Source of the DNA: Chrysemys picta bellii
Lineage: Eukaryota
Length of the DNA: 64,000 bases
Direction of reading: 5' to 3'
Assembly (NCBI RefSeq): GCF_011386835.1
Contig: NC_088792.1
Location: forward strand, 170,686,001 to 170,750,000
Shown here: positions 24,039-35,479 of the stretch, piece by piece
Layout: every line of letters begins with the position of its first letter
How positions within the stretch are numbered: the first letter of the stretch is position 1
The notes under the pieces: model-generated
What the model was told of the DNA's origin: nothing
The model's database searches: none
The model's input: the letters and a program-made list of their open reading frames with translations, nothing else
Program-made: the position numbers and the translations under genes

Positions 24039-25376
24039 GTATTCTTTAGAACAAAAATAAATCCGCTGTCTTTCTGGGAATAGGAAAGTTCAACAGCGGC
24101 ACTAGTTTTGATCAGGCTATTGGTTGTTTTCAGCCTACATCTATATTGCTCCCCTCACCCTGAAAAATTGTAGTTAATAACCAATTAAGATTGCTTAAGT
24201 GCAAAACCCACTCACTCAAACCTTCAAAGGCAGGAAAGGCACCTTGATTCACACTCCTGAACAGCAAGGTAATACGCCACTGACTCTGCACCTCCCCAGG
24301 GAACTCCCTTCCACCTCACATATGTACAGATGGACCACACACACCCACACCAATGCAAAACCTGAACTCTGACTTCAGAGACTGGATAGCTACAGACATA
24401 TCCTACAGCCATATGTGCAGTTGTGAAGGGTATGATGTGTCAATATAAAGATGGAAAGCATGATGTGGAAGTTAAGGTGGGAGTGGGGTATGTGACAATA
24501 TATTGAGTCTAGGGAAGATTTGGAAAGTGTCTGTGGGAAGGTAGGAGAATGGCCAGGTGCATGTGGTGGTGGCGAGATGGGCGGGGGAAGAGACGGTACC
24601 CCTATTTCCCCAGCAGATGCATTCTGATGAATCTGCCTTGGTTCATTAGACTGGAGGGGGGAGCTGCCTGAAGTGTTCTGTTCTTCGGACAGCTCTAAGG
24701 ACAAGCCCCTTTCCTCTCATCATTTTGGGAGTGGGTCAGGATAGGGGTGGATGTTCTTCCTGAAGAGGTCTCAAAAGCCTCTGTGCCAGCATTTTCTGCA
24801 GGTGAACCAGCTGTAGTTCTCAGCAGGGAATCCATGGCTTCTGAACTAAGGACAGTTTGTTAGACAAGGTCTTCTGCTTTTTAAGAGAAACAGAGGCCTC
24901 TATCTCTCACCTTCTAAGTCCCCTAACTTGCTCCTCTTTTATAATCCCTCAGTAATGGCACCCCGTTGCTGCTTCTAGTGCAGAGGGAAAGTTATCCCTC
25001 ATCCCCAACAGAGGTGTGCTCCATCAGAGATGTGATTTCCACCAGAGTTGTATGACCCTGTGTTGAATATCACAGTCTCCATTGCGCAGGAGTGGAGCTC
25101 AAACTTTAAGTCCCACCTAAGCTGTAGCTCTAAGTACTCACCTGATAATGTTTGTAAAAGTCTTTGCAACAAGGGAGACACTGACCTGCTCACTATCCAG
25201 TGGAAACAATCTGATTACAGACAATTCAGTCAAATGCAGAGTCAATAAACAGAAAAAACAGAGGAATCTGCCGCGCCCTACCCCCCAGTAATTTCTGTCG
25301 AGTGTAGTAATCTTAGGAGTTACAAAATTTTCATAAAGAAAATGTGATTTCCAAGTTCATTGTGTCTTTTTTAAAG

Positions 25377-25514
25377 GAATCTGAGGACTGCAAAGCTGAA
25401 GACATTCATTCTGAGTTCCAGGCATTAATCTCTTTAATCAACAAACCCCAAACTTCTTATTTGCTTAAAACTGCCAACAGACTGTATGAGGAACAGACCT
25501 TCCAATTCCATAGT
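25377..25514 (+). CDS. SERPINB10: SERPINB10/MENT-like coding exon 3 (ESEDCKAEDIHSEFQALISLINKPQTSYLLKTANRLYEEQTFQFHS)
   Basis: Acceptor ttaaag|GAA, donor AGT|GTAAGT at 25515; 138 nt; IHSxFQxLIS and YLLKTAN match bomapin (recalled). Confidence 0.9.
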
Positions 25515-25867
25515 GTAAGTTGAATACTTTTACAAAGCTGAAGAGAAAGTTTTGAAAGATATTTATGACACTCAATGATTCAAGTTATTAATAGAGCAGA
25601 TCGAAAATTTTCCAAAGGAACAATTTGCCAATGGGAAATGCTGATGTGATAAAACTGAAATGTTTTGTGGGAACATATAGATTTTGTTTAAATTTCTGAT
25701 GAAAAATTATCAAAACTCTTCATTTCAATAAAGTCAAAGTGCTTTGTTTTGACATTATCTGTTTAACTTTTATATTAGATAGTATACATTTATATTATTA
25801 CTTATAGTTCATATTATATACAATTGAAACAAAGCACTTCAACCTTGTTAAAATGGAAAATTTTCAT

Positions 25868-26347
25868 GCATTCTAAGGCCAGAAGGGACCACAGTCATCA
25901 TTTAGTCTGACCTCCAGAGAACATCCCCAAAATAATTCCTAGATCAGATCTTTTAGAAAAACATCCAGTCCTGATTTTTAAATTGTTGGTGATGGAGAAT
26001 CCACCATAAACCTTGGTAAATTGTTCCAGTGGTTAATTACTCTCACAGTAAAAAAAATGTACATCTTATTTCCAGTTTGAATCTGTCTAGCTTCAACTTC
26101 CAGCTACTAGATTGTGTTATACTTTTCTCTGAAGAGCTCACTGTTATTTGTTTATTCCCTATGTAGGTACTTATAGAATGTAATCAAGTTATCTCTTAAC
26201 CTTCTCTTTGTTAAGATAAGTAGATTGAGCTCCTTGAGTCTACAACTACATTTTCTGTTCCTTTAACCCTTCCCATGACTCTTCTTTGAATCCTCTCCAG
26301 TTTATCAACATCCTTCTTGAATTGTGGGCTCCAGAACTAGACACACA
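25868..26347 (-). mobile_element. CR1 3' fragment
   Basis: ctaaggccagaagggacc...tagtctgacctcc tail in antisense, continuing into the end of ORF2. Confidence 0.75.
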
Positions 26348-26676
26348 GTGCCCAGTTATCCTTATGATTAGATCATTTTGATATTTCCTAAAAGAATGTT
26401 TTCAGAATTATCATTTCACAGAAAATGTCAAAATTTTAACTTTTTGTTCTGATTTGGGATGAAAGGGAATTTCCAGTGGAATTGAAATAGAGATTTAATC
26501 AGCTCTAATTATTAAATATACTGTACCATAGATCTTACTTTTAAATTTTATCTAGCTTAAGTTGAATTGTACTCTCTTTAGTATTGTAGTAGTTATGTTG
26601 TACAGCAATCTGAATGTTTTTAAGTGATGCCATTTTGAATTTATTTTAATAGCAAATTTTCTCTCCTACCTTTCAG

Positions 26677-26794
26677 GGATACATAGAATTCGTTAAAAAC
26701 TATTACCATGCAGAGCCCCAAGCAGTTAACTTTAAAAAAGCTGCAGAACAAGTCAGAAAAGAAATCAATTCCTGGGTTGAAAGCCAAACTGAGG
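26677..26794 (+). CDS. SERPINB10: SERPINB10/MENT-like coding exon 4 ([40 protein letters not shown])
   Basis: Acceptor tttcag|GGA, donor AGG|GTAAGC at 26795; 118 nt. Confidence 0.93.
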
Positions 26795-27401
26795 GTAAGC
26801 TAAGAACAAACAATCCAAGCTTTGCTCTTCTCTCACTATAGTTGCTAATTCCTTTTGGGTAGGTGGCTGCATTTTTACATGTGTTCCTCCTGTAGTCAGG
26901 CACTAGTGGAGCTAATGTGGAAATTGAGGATGGAGAGGTGGACAGTTGAACAGCTTCAAGTGTCTGATTCAGAATATTTTGAATTCAATGGAAAGACTCC
27001 CATTGACTTCCCAAGGACTTCAAAGAAAGAAGGGAGCAGCCTTTAGAACCTGATTTCCTGATTCTAAAGAATCAATAGCTCCTGCAAGGCCTCTGGTCTC
27101 ATGGGCCACCGTCACTGCTGGAACTATAGGAGCAGGATTTATGACCATGGACTCCCTTTTTCATGAGCCTGATTCTTCACAGCCTAGCCCCTTGTGTTGT
27201 TATTTACTCCTGTGCAAAAGGAGGATGAAATGGGTATAAAATGCTACCATTCTGATTTGGCAGAATTTAGAAACTCACTCAGAGATCAGGGGTTCTGAGG
27301 CACATACATTCTCAATGGATAATTAAAGAGAAAGCAAAATTAGAAATAGCCACTTGCTGTACTGCACTGGAATAAAAACACCATTCTTCTCCTTCTGAAA
27401 G

Positions 27402-27544
27402 GGAAAATCCAGAACCTGCTGCCTAGAGGTTCTGTTGATCCCAACACCGCACTGGTCCTGGTTAATGCCATTTACTTCAAAGGAAAATGGGAAAAGAGAT
27501 TTCTGAATGAAAACACATCTGAGAATCTCTTCAGATTGAGCAAG
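27402..27544 (+). CDS. SERPINB10: SERPINB10/MENT-like coding exon 5 ([29 protein letters not shown]...FRLSK)
   Basis: Acceptor gaaag|GG, donor AAG|GTATGT at 27545; 143 nt. Confidence 0.93.
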
Positions 27545-28023
27545 GTATGTTTCACTAATGTTCATGCTGTTGAACAGTAAGAAACCTCCATATAGCATGA
27601 AAATCTTTCACCCACAGTTCATATTCCATCATAAAACTATTGGTAGCTCGACACATGGCCTAACGTAAATAACTGTGACAATTTTAATATTTAGTTAGTA
27701 AAACTACTACATAGTTTAAGCAAAGATTTGAAAAATGGGTTTTAGCTTCAAGAGGAGACTGATGGGCCCTATGTTATTAGAAACATTAGTGAATACCCTA
27801 ATATATGCCAAGTCCAGCAAATTTTTACTTTAGCAATGCTCAAAACCAGGTTCATTATGAAAAATGCCAAAAGACACGTCACTAAGTCGGTTCTAGCTAT
27901 AAGAAATCACAGATTATTATGTGGTAACACTCCTACTGACAGATGCAAGTCTATAATTCACGGATTTGGAAATGAATAAATGTGAATACCCTGTTAATGT
28001 GAAGGCTGTGCAGCTCTATAGAC

Positions 28024-29127
28024 CAGTAGGTCTCAAACTTTTTTTTACTGGTGACCCCTTTCACATTGCAAGCCTCTGAATGTGACCCCCCCTAATAAAG
28101 CGGAGGCAAGTGGGATTTGGGGTGGAGGTTGACTGCTCATGACCCCTGAGGGGTCCTGTAGAGGGGCTGGCCAGGGCTCAACCCTCTCCGGGGTGGCAGG
28201 GAGCCACACCAGCTCACTACACACAGCTGAGGTTTGGGGAATTAGTCCGGCCGCGGGAGTCTTTCCTGGCGGCCCCTGCGGAGGCAGAAATAAGTACAGT
28301 TATGCCAGGGCCCTAGGTCAGGGTGGGGCAACAATGACTCAGGCCCTCAGGCAGGGGCTGAGCAATAATGCTATAGCAGTACCAACATAAACAGTAGCAA
28401 GCCCAGGCGCTAGGTCAGGGCAGGGCAATGAGTCAGGAGCTCAGGCCCTCCGGCAGGGCTGAGCAACAGTAGGCCCAAGCCTCCAAAAGGCCTGGGAGAG
28501 GGGGAGACTGCCACCCACGGGTTGGGTGGCAGGGGGGACGCAGGCCCTTCCACTCCACTGCGTCCCAGCCCAGGGTCCTAGCAGCGGCAGAAGACCTGCT
28601 GCGGTGTCCGTGGGGATCCTGGCCGCAACACACTGACATGGGCTCTGGCAGTGCTGCAGCCAGACTAGGGTTGGCTGCCCCCAGGCTACTTTCTGACTCC
28701 CCCTCTTGTGGTACCTCAGTCACGGCGGTGTCCTCCGGGGCGGTCCAGCACCATGGGTTCCTCGGGGTAGTGGGCGAGCAGCAGGCCCGGCAGCTCCTCT
28801 GGGTAGTGAGCACAGGGCAGGTCCGGCAACTCCTCCTGGTCGCGCGTGCAGGGCAGGTCCGGCGAGTCCTGGCGGGCACCTTGGGCCACGATGGTTTCCC
28901 AGTCGCGGGCTAGGCTAGAGGCATCTGGCCTCCCCGGCAGCTAGCCTTTAGTGAGCTCTGAGGGCAAGCGTTTATACTTCCGGGTCGCCGCCTGACCCTC
29001 TGAGGGGCGGGCTCAGAGCACCCTAGCTCCGCCCACCCCGGCCTCCGGATGGGCTCATCCTTCTCCGGGCAGGTGGGGAACCACACGGCCTCACTACAGG
29101 TCCCGACCCCCAGTTTGAGAACCCCTG
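28024..29127. mobile_element. hAT MITE interrupted by a solo LTR
   Basis: TIR CAGTAGGTCTCAAACT / AGTTTGAGAACCCCTG, perfect 8-bp TSD CTATAGAC. Confidence 0.88.
28157..29098 (-). mobile_element. Solo LTR (942 bp)
   Basis: TGTAG...CTACA termini, perfect 5-bp TSD GGTCC (28152-28156, 29099-29103), CpG-rich; orientation inferred from minus-strand TATAAA at 28971-28976. Confidence 0.85.
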
Positions 29128-29237
29128 CTATAGACTATAGTAACATTTTCAAAGGCACCTAAGGGATTTAGGAGCCCAAATCCCATTTTTCAAGTGATTT
29201 AGGAGCCTAACACTCATTTAAAGTCATTGTGAGTTAG

Positions 29238-29590
29238 ATTAAGGCTACAAAGCACCGTTGTGATAGTCTAATCTGACCTCTTGCCTAACACAAGCCACAG
29301 GACTTCTCTGTACTAAATTCCTGCTTCAAGTCCAATAACTGTGCTTGAACTACTGCATATCTTTTAGAAAAATAGCCAATCTTGATTTTTTAAATTTCCA
29401 GTGATGGAGAATCCAGCACAACCCTGGGAAGTTGTTCCCATGGTTAATTACTCTCGCTGTTAAATATTTGTGCCTTAATTTCTAGTCTGAATTTGTTTAG
29501 CTTCAACTTCCAGCCATTGGTTCTTGTTCTACCTTTATCTGCTAGATTGAAGAGCCCTATATTATCAGTTTCTGTTCCCTATGTAGGTAC
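29238..29590 (-). mobile_element. CR1 3' fragment, same family as 25868-26347
   Basis: Shared blocks gatggagaatcca, ggttaattactctc, tagcttcaacttccagc. Confidence 0.75.
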
Positions 29591-30365
29591 CGATAGTCTA
29601 TGGAACTCAGGAGTTGCAAACACATAGGAAGTGAAGTTGTAAAGGACTTTATGAAACTCCTGCAAACCAAAATTACCTCTCATGCAGCTAAATATAGCAC
29701 ACACACACATCCTTTGCACAGCACTGCTCCATAACTGAAACTAAGTGACCTTTCTGAATCCATGAAACTTTACAAACACTGAGTTTTTGTATTTATTATC
29801 CATGAGGCATCATTAATATGTACAGAATCCACTCTACAGCTGCTACTGCTAAGCCACCAGAGAGTCAGCCAAAGGCAGCATTGTTCTGTTTTGCCATGGT
29901 GGTGAAGATACCAAAGCAGCCCCTGCATGCAGTGACCTTTCTCCTTGTACTTAGAGGTTCCCCAGAATTTTCAGTGTTGGGAGCTGTGCACCTCCCTCCA
30001 CTCTGTCTCCTCAAAGGTCTTCCCTGTAATAGGAACAAATGTCAGGAAACTCAATGAGGTGATCCTTGCAGAATTTTCTGGCTCCTCTGTCCCACCTTCT
30101 GTGAGTTATTATGCATGTACTGGGGAACAGTGGAAGATGAGTCCAGGTCATGGAAAACAATGCTTTGAGACAAACAACAGGACAATTAATATTGTCTCAT
30201 GAAAGGAACCCTGTTAAACCATGCAATCAACTTTGGTTCATAAAACTGTATTCAAACTTTTATTCTTATTTCATCTGAAGCAAGTCATACATATTTACTG
30301 ATAACCCATATGTTTCAAAGAAAGAAGTAATATTTATTTTCTTATGGAGATATATAATTTCACAG

Positions 30366-30533
30366 ACCAAGACTAAACCAGTGCAGATGATGTTTCTAAA
30401 AGATACATTTCCAATATGCTACTTGGAAACAATGAAGGTCAAAATTGCTGAGCTTCCATACGTTAATAATGACCTCAGCATGCTCATCCTATTACCAGAT
30501 GACATTGAGGATAAATCTACTGGTCTGGAACAG
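30366..30533 (+). CDS. SERPINB10: SERPINB10/MENT-like coding exon 6 (TKTKPVQMMFLKDTFPICYLETMKVKIAELPY...STGLEQ)
   Basis: Acceptor cacag|ACC, donor CAG|GTAAAA at 30534; 168 nt; DTFP motif shared with MENT (recalled). Confidence 0.93.
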
Positions 30534-31831
30534 GTAAAACCATTATACCATATTGCTGTTCCACGAAAGTGGAATTTAACGTTTCTTCAGTGTGAGACAG
30601 CTACGGGATAATGTTCAGAATGAGTTTAGCAACATCCTGTACATTAATGTATATGGCTGTAAACAAATGTATGGCATACAAGTGCCTTTTTGTGATCAGG
30701 ATAAGAACTGGGAAGTGAAACTTAGCAGTTCTGACGACGACACCACCTAAGGTACAATGTTAAGGGGTATCATTGGCATGATGTATTATTATCTAGATGA
30801 AGCCCAAAAGAGCACAAGGAATTTTCCAGAACAAATAAACCAGGTCTGTGTCCCAGAATAGCTAACAGCCTAGTTTCAGATACGATGCAATGAGAGAGCA
30901 ACAAACCATAAGGAAGTAGGGTGAGGAAGTAGGCGGCTTGTAGCAGGGGGATAATTGGTTTCGACATGTGCAAGTCTTGTGGATTCCATAAAGTCATACA
31001 TGTATTTAGGGAATACTTGATTCTCTAGTATGATATGCAGGATTTTCAGCATTCTGTTGGGATAGCTGCATTGAATGGGAAGTATAGTACTTGCTATACA
31101 TTATGTGGTGATTCCTCTAAACAAGAATTCCAAACTGGTTGTTGAAGCCAGTTCTTTTGTCCTGTTTCTGTTGCCTACAAAGTGGACCACAATCTGACTC
31201 TCTGGCCCCTTGCAATTAATGCTCTTCCAAGAGCTGTACTCCCTTTCCCCCTGTTTTCTGGGCTCTCTTTATCTAGTGAAATAAGTAATTACTAACCCAC
31301 CTTGCAAGGGACTAAGCTCCTCACAGTAGGTGCTGAGTGCCTCAACTCAATGGGAACCAAGAGAGCTCAACAACATAAAAAATCAGATGCTCCGTTTGCA
31401 AGCACATCAGGGCAAGGACCATATCCTCTTACTTGTCTGCAAGACCCCATGCACACCAATCATATATAGTTGTGATGGGACAAGTCTTCCTTGCATGCAC
31501 ATGTAGATGTTCTATTAACATTAACAGGAGCTCTATATGTGCATAAGAGGGGAACATTCCCATGTATGTTTAAATAGAAAAAACAAGGAACTCCTCTATT
31601 GACCCAATCCTGCATTCAAGGTCACCTCCCATTTAGATAAACGTGAGCATACATCACTTAGAACCTTGCAGGATCAAACCCTATTTGCATGTAGCACATC
31701 CTATAATGATGGCAATAGCCGGGGTGGTAGCAAAGTATGTGTTTCGTGCCTTTATGATGAGTTTTTTTCATTTACTCATGATTTCATTTTTGCTTTTTGT
31801 CTAATTCCCTTTCTTTCTTAACTCACTACAG

Positions 31832-32236
31832 CTAGAGAGGGAATTGACCTATGAGAAGTTATCGAAGTGGACCAGCCCAGAAATGATGAAGACAACTGGA
31901 GTGGAGTTGTTTCTGCCCAGGATCAAGCTGGAAGAGAGCTATAACCTCAAGTCCACTTTGAGCAGTATGGGGATGAAAGATGCCTTCAGTCAGAGCCAAG
32001 CTGACTTCAAAGGGATGTCTGAGCATAATGATCTGTTTTTGTCACAAGTTTTTCACAAATCCTTTGTTGAGGTCAATGAAGAGGGCACTGAGGCTGCAGC
32101 TGCCAGTGCAGTCGTTGTAGTAGTGAGATCATCTTTAAATCATGTAAGATTTAAGGCAGATCACCCTTTCCTCTTCTTTATCAGACACAATAAAACCAAC
32201 AGCATCCTCTTCTTTGGCAGATTCTGCTCCCCCTAG
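31832..32236 (+). CDS. SERPINB10: SERPINB10/MENT-like coding exon 7 with [18 protein letters not shown]|[14 protein letters not shown], stop TAG
   Basis: Acceptor ctacag|CTA; 405 nt; the exons sum to 1227 nt = 408 aa; NHV.FK resembles MENT NHVLKFK (recalled). Confidence 0.92.
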   Translation, partial: LERELTYEKLSKWTSPEMMKTTGVELFLPRIKLEESYNLKSTLSSMGMKDAFSQSQADFKGMSEHNDLFLSQVFHKSFVEVNEEGTEAAAASAVVVVVRSSLNHVRFKADHPFLFFIRHNKTNSILFFGRFCSP

Positions 32237-34221
32237 AATGTATTACTCTCTGCTACCAAATAACATCATTTGCTCACCGTGCAACTAGGAAATACAAATT
32301 GAAACCTGAAATTCAAAGCTTAGGTCTAGTTCTTGCTTTTAGTTAGAGCCCTGAGCATAAGCTGCCTCCGTCAGGAGTAGCCTCAGAAGTAATTGTGCCT
32401 CAGAGACACACACTGAGGCACATTTTCTCCTGTGCTCCTCTGCTGTACTGAGCAGACAGTAATCTACTGCAGCCCCTTACAGAGTGCAGCATACTACCCA
32501 CTGCACTGAGCCTGCTCTCCTGGCTAGTATTATGGGGGCCAGAGTCATGGCTCTGTAGCCTCTGTCCCTCCCCACTCATTTGTTCACAGGACAGGAGAAT
32601 ACATCTCAGCGTTCATGCCATGACCGCATCACCATACCTGCAGACAAGATGGGGGCAGGTCTAAAGCAGTCATGCTGAATGATTTGGGGGAGGAGGGAGC
32701 TCTTAATCTCTGCTACTGTCGCCCATGGACACATTAGACCCAGTCACAGTCAAGTGCTTAATAATTAAGTCTCTTCTTCGCACGTATTGCAGGTCTGTTT
32801 ACAAAGGGTAACAGAAAACACATTAAAGTTCTGTTTGCAAATCCCAGGCAATAACAATGCCAGTTAATGATAGCGATTCAGCATTAACTCTGAATTTCAT
32901 AATATTTGCCTTGAGTTTATTTATGAAGTTTTTCCCACCCAAAATATATTTTCTTTTGTTCTTTCAGAGTGTTAAAATAGAAATTTAACCTCATCACATA
33001 CTGACCACAGCATTCTATTTGGAACTATGCCATTCTGTCTAAATGACAGATGCTCGATCATTTAGAAGTCAGTCTGCTGGACATACATTGTACATTCATA
33101 AGTGCTAAAAGAGTTCTTCAATCAGTAACAACACTGCTCATAGAAGCATAGGAAAATCAACATTAGGCCAAATCCTCCACCCATTGATTTCATTAGGAGT
33201 GTGATTTGGCTGACTAAAGTGTTAGCACATAGACGTAACGAGTTTGTTAGAGATTTTATTGTCTGACGTGTAATAAACTTGGAAGTGTACAAAAACATTA
33301 CATATCTTTAGTTTAAATTTTCACTTTGAAAATTAACATTTTGGAAATTATTGTAATTTCATAAAATCTAAGGCAAAAGCATGTGAAATTCAGTGCTCCC
33401 TAGAGGCTCTTTAAACTAAACATTTATATTTACTAAGACCATCCTTTACCTCCCTAAGGGCCCAATTCAGTTTTTACTGATGTTAGAGGAAGGACTCTGG
33501 ATGAGGCACTAAACATTCTGCCAATGCTCTCTGACAATGTTGGCACAGAGTCAGTGAACTGGCCTAGCCTCCCCAGCCAGTGAACTTGTCATCTTTGTCC
33601 ATTTCATGACCTGCTGCTGTTTCTAGAGGGCTATGCAGGTGTGTCATGTTGCTCATACTAATGTTTGTTCCTGTGCCTGACTTTTTTAAAATATTTGTAA
33701 ATTAGATTGTCTAACAATTCTGATGGGCACAACTGATATGAAAACTTTCACCAGCATGCCTCCTGTCTGTCTATATGTCCATGAGCATTATAATCTAAAA
33801 CCTGCAGCATTCAAACAACAGTCATGTGTTGTTAATGTAATTACTGGTTGTAATTTGCACCCATTCCTAGATACCTGTATCACTAATAAAGTAGAAAAAA
33901 TAGACTTTCATTTCAAGAATGCAGTTTAGCAAAGATATTCCTGTTATTTACCCAAATTCCAATGTGCTTTTAGCTGATATTTTACTCCATAACTCTAGTG
34001 TGTGACTTGCACTTAAAGCAATAAAAAAACACCGTGATTATGTTTCTATAATTCAAACTGGTGATTTAGTTGATTATAGATAGTGGGGGGGGTTGCGGAG
34101 CAGGGGAGTTGTCAATACTGTTTTGTTATGCTATGATAGTCTAAGCACTCTTAATATTTACAGTATGTTTTCATTGTTACCATTCCAAAATGATCATCAT
34201 TTAACTAGGGTTGATTATGCC

Positions 34222-34384
34222 CAGTGCTTAATTTGTAATGAAAGAGGTGCCAGGGCTCAACAATTTTATTTTTTTTTACATACATAACAGATTCAGCAAG
34301 CCCAGAGGTGCCGGAGCTGTGAACTGCCAAGCCTAGAGGTGCCAGGGCTCAGCCCTGGAAAAATCTGGCACAAATTAAGCACTG
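34222..34384. mobile_element. hAT MITE
   Basis: TIR CAGTGCTTAATTTGT / ACAAATTAAGCACTG; TSD ATTATGCC / ATTACGCT (6 of 8). Confidence 0.8.
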
Positions 34385-35093
34385 ATTACGCTCAGCTGAG
34401 ATTTTTAAAAATACCATTTTCTTTGTCTGCATTAGGCTGCAAAATGGTGTTTAAAATCATGTTATTTAAAATGTTAGCTAATACATTTGGTAAACACATC
34501 TCCTTTTCCCAGTCTAGACAGGGCCTTAGTAACTTGCTTCTATGAATCTGCCGGGAGCAGCATGTATGAAATTTAACCCTAACAGAACAACTCAAACCAG
34601 CAAAGAAGGCAGTGTGTGCAAACTTCACTGAACATAACTAGCTCACTAATACAAAGAAAAAAAGTAAGTATTTCTCTATATGTACCCAAATACATATATA
34701 TATAAATACAGATTCAGACAACAAACCAAACTCATGGCATGTACACTGAAGCCAGTGAATTTGAATTCTATTACTGCAGGACTTAGTTTGGCCCATTAGA
34801 TGCTGAAATTTGTGACAACTGCTTGTGACACCACTGGACCTGAGTTTTATTTGTTCAGCTGCTTAACAAATCTGTTTTCACAGTACACCTGTACTAGAGT
34901 CACAGATGCTGACCAGAACTATTTGTCTAAGCCAGCAGGGCCTATGCTACCTGAAAGAAATACTGTAAAACTGTATACCAAAACAAAAATTAATAAATCT
35001 TACTTTTCTAGACGAGTGTACACATCCACATAAAATATCACAATGAACCAGTTGTGCTCCTCCCTTGCAAGTGAAAAATACTCTCTATGTACA

Positions 35094-35304
35094 AGTATCG
35101 GGGGTAGCCGTGTTAGTCTGTATCCACAAAAACAAGGCATCCGGTGGCACCTTAAAGAGTAACAGATTTATTTGGGCATAAGCTTTCGTGGGTAAAAAAC
35201 CTCAGCTGAAGAAGTGAAGTTTTAGAAGTGAGGTATTTTACCCAGGAAAGCTTATGCCCAAATAAATCTGTTAGTCTTTAAGATGCCACCAGACGCCTTG
35301 TTGT
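35094..35304. mobile_element. Penelope-derived palindromic fragment
   Basis: Inverted arms ggtggcaccttaaaga...gcataagctttcgtgggtaaaa / ttttacccaggaaagcttatgc...atgccacc; 12-bp direct repeat TCTCTATGTACA at 35082-35093 and 35305-35316. Confidence 0.85.
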
Positions 35305-35479
35305 TCTCTATGTACAGTTTACACAATATACATTTGTAGCCAAACCCACCTGACAGTACATTCCCCTTTCCGCTCCTGTCTATACAAACGAAAATAGATT
35401 TTCTTTTACACGCGCATCACTGTCCTTCGGTTTTAAGGCGTAATTAATTATTAATTATTATCATTATTATTATGCATTA

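Noticed and set aside
24390-24860. Possible decayed coding sequence on the minus strand
   Set aside because: Translations contain stops and resemble nothing I recognise; cannot be classified without a search.
27323-27598. Minus-strand ORFs overlapping serpin exons (also 13378-13662, 42402-42617, 46662-46919, 63489-63701)
   Set aside because: Antisense shadows of real coding exons.
28139-28918. ORFs with repeated CPA/TRRSC motifs
   Set aside because: They are translations of internal repeats of the solo LTR.
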